From NCBI RefSeq assembly GCF_006345805.1, contig NC_043024.1, positions 8,494,001-8,558,000 on the forward strand: a DNA stretch of 64,000 bases. The letters run 5' to 3'. Below, piece after piece: positions 62,927-64,000 of this stretch. This stretch comes from Octopus sinensis (Eukaryota). A program made the position numbers and the translations under genes. Below the pieces are notes generated by a model. That model did no database searches, had not been told where the DNA came from, and saw only the letters and a list, made by a program, of their open reading frames with translations. Numbering within the stretch: the stretch's first letter is position 1; each line of letters opens with the position of its first letter.

Positions 62927-64000
62927 GTTTAACGTCCATTTTCCGTGCTAGCACGGGTTGGACGGTTTGACCGGGGTCTGGGAAGCCAGGGCTGCACCAG
63001 GCTCCAGTCTGATCTGGCAGTGTGTCTACAGCTGGATGCCCTTCCTAACGCCAATCACTCCGCGAGTGTAGTGGGTGCTTTTTACATGCCACTTGCACAG
63101 GTGCCAGGGGGGTCTGGCATCAGCCACGATCGGTTGGTGCTTTTAACATGCCACCAGCACGGAAGCCAGCCAAGGCGGCGCTGGCATCGGCCACGTTCGG
63201 ATGGTGCTTTTTATGTGCCACCGGCACAGAAGCCAGTTGAGGCGGCGCTGGCAACGGCCACATTCGGATGGTGCTTTATATATCCTTATTGTAGCAGTCC
63301 TTCAGTTTTTCTAAGGGTTTGGGCATCCAACAAGGACCTACATGATGCCCTTAAAACCATGAACTTTTCAGCACCACCTTGTATATGTATGTATGTATGA
63401 GTGTCTGTTTGTTTGTTTTGAGAGGGTAAAAAGGGTATTTACAATGCAGCACCCATCCTGAGCTTTAGGCTCTTCTCCTTCCTTTTTATCCCCAAACCAC
63501 TCTTTTATCTACTTTGGTGTTGACACTTTACAAGTCCTGTCCATCTTTTCACAGACTCTTTACGTTTTCAACTTTTATTTACTTTTTCTTTCCTCCTGAT
63601 ATAAGCAAAACAAAGCCTGGCAGATGCACGACGTAAGAGTGCACCTTTGATGCAGGTTTGGGGAAGTGCCACTCTAATGTTTAAAACTGCAAATGTTATG
63701 TAAATTTTCACTTGGAAATCTGTGTGAACTGGGGTTGAAAGCAGATTTGGTACAGGAACAATTGTACATAAAAGATGTGTTAAAGTCCTTCTTTGTCTGC
63801 TTATTTAGGTTACATATGTATATACACACATATATAAAATATATGTGTAAAGAAAATTGGGATGAAAACATCCAATCTTTCACTGGCTCCACTGTTAAAT
63901 ACATATATATGTGTGGGTTTTTTTCTGCTTTCTTCCCTATGAAGATTATTGTACACTAACAGTTGGTTATATACAACATATTTCTGTGTGAATGTGCATA

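Overview
Eukaryotic, repeat-dense, intron-rich genomic DNA, most likely from an Octopus species (inferred from the tRNA-derived SINE families and extreme microsatellite load; not verified by a search). The window lies inside one + strand gene, the PICALM/AP180 (SNAP91, lap, unc-11) clathrin-assembly protein. Eight in-frame exons with GT-AG boundaries (21064-44697) encode the C-terminal half of the ANTH domain and the start of the tail. A probable 51-nt cassette exon lies at 12206-12256. The 5' and 3' exons are outside the window or were not recognisable. The introns contain four tRNA-derived SINE families, RTE, CR1 and R4/Dong LINE remnants, mariner and piggyBac remnants, hAT and piggyBac MITEs, a Helitron and long simple repeats. 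Most ORFs in the supplied track are artefacts of these repeats. Best leads: (1) eight minimal type-I hammerhead-ribozyme-like motifs in three families, probably from Penelope-like elements. One has a canonical CUGAUGA core, five belong to a family with a compensatory C3G/G8C swap (GUGAACA; one copy reads GUGAAUA), and two have a CUGUUGA core. All have palindromic stem III. (2) SINE multimers (3 and 5 units), each bounded by a single 18-bp TSD pair and sharing the same internal junction. (3) DNA-transposon MITEs converted into tandem arrays. (4) Many long fold-back structures in the pre-mRNA, which are candidate ADAR substrates.
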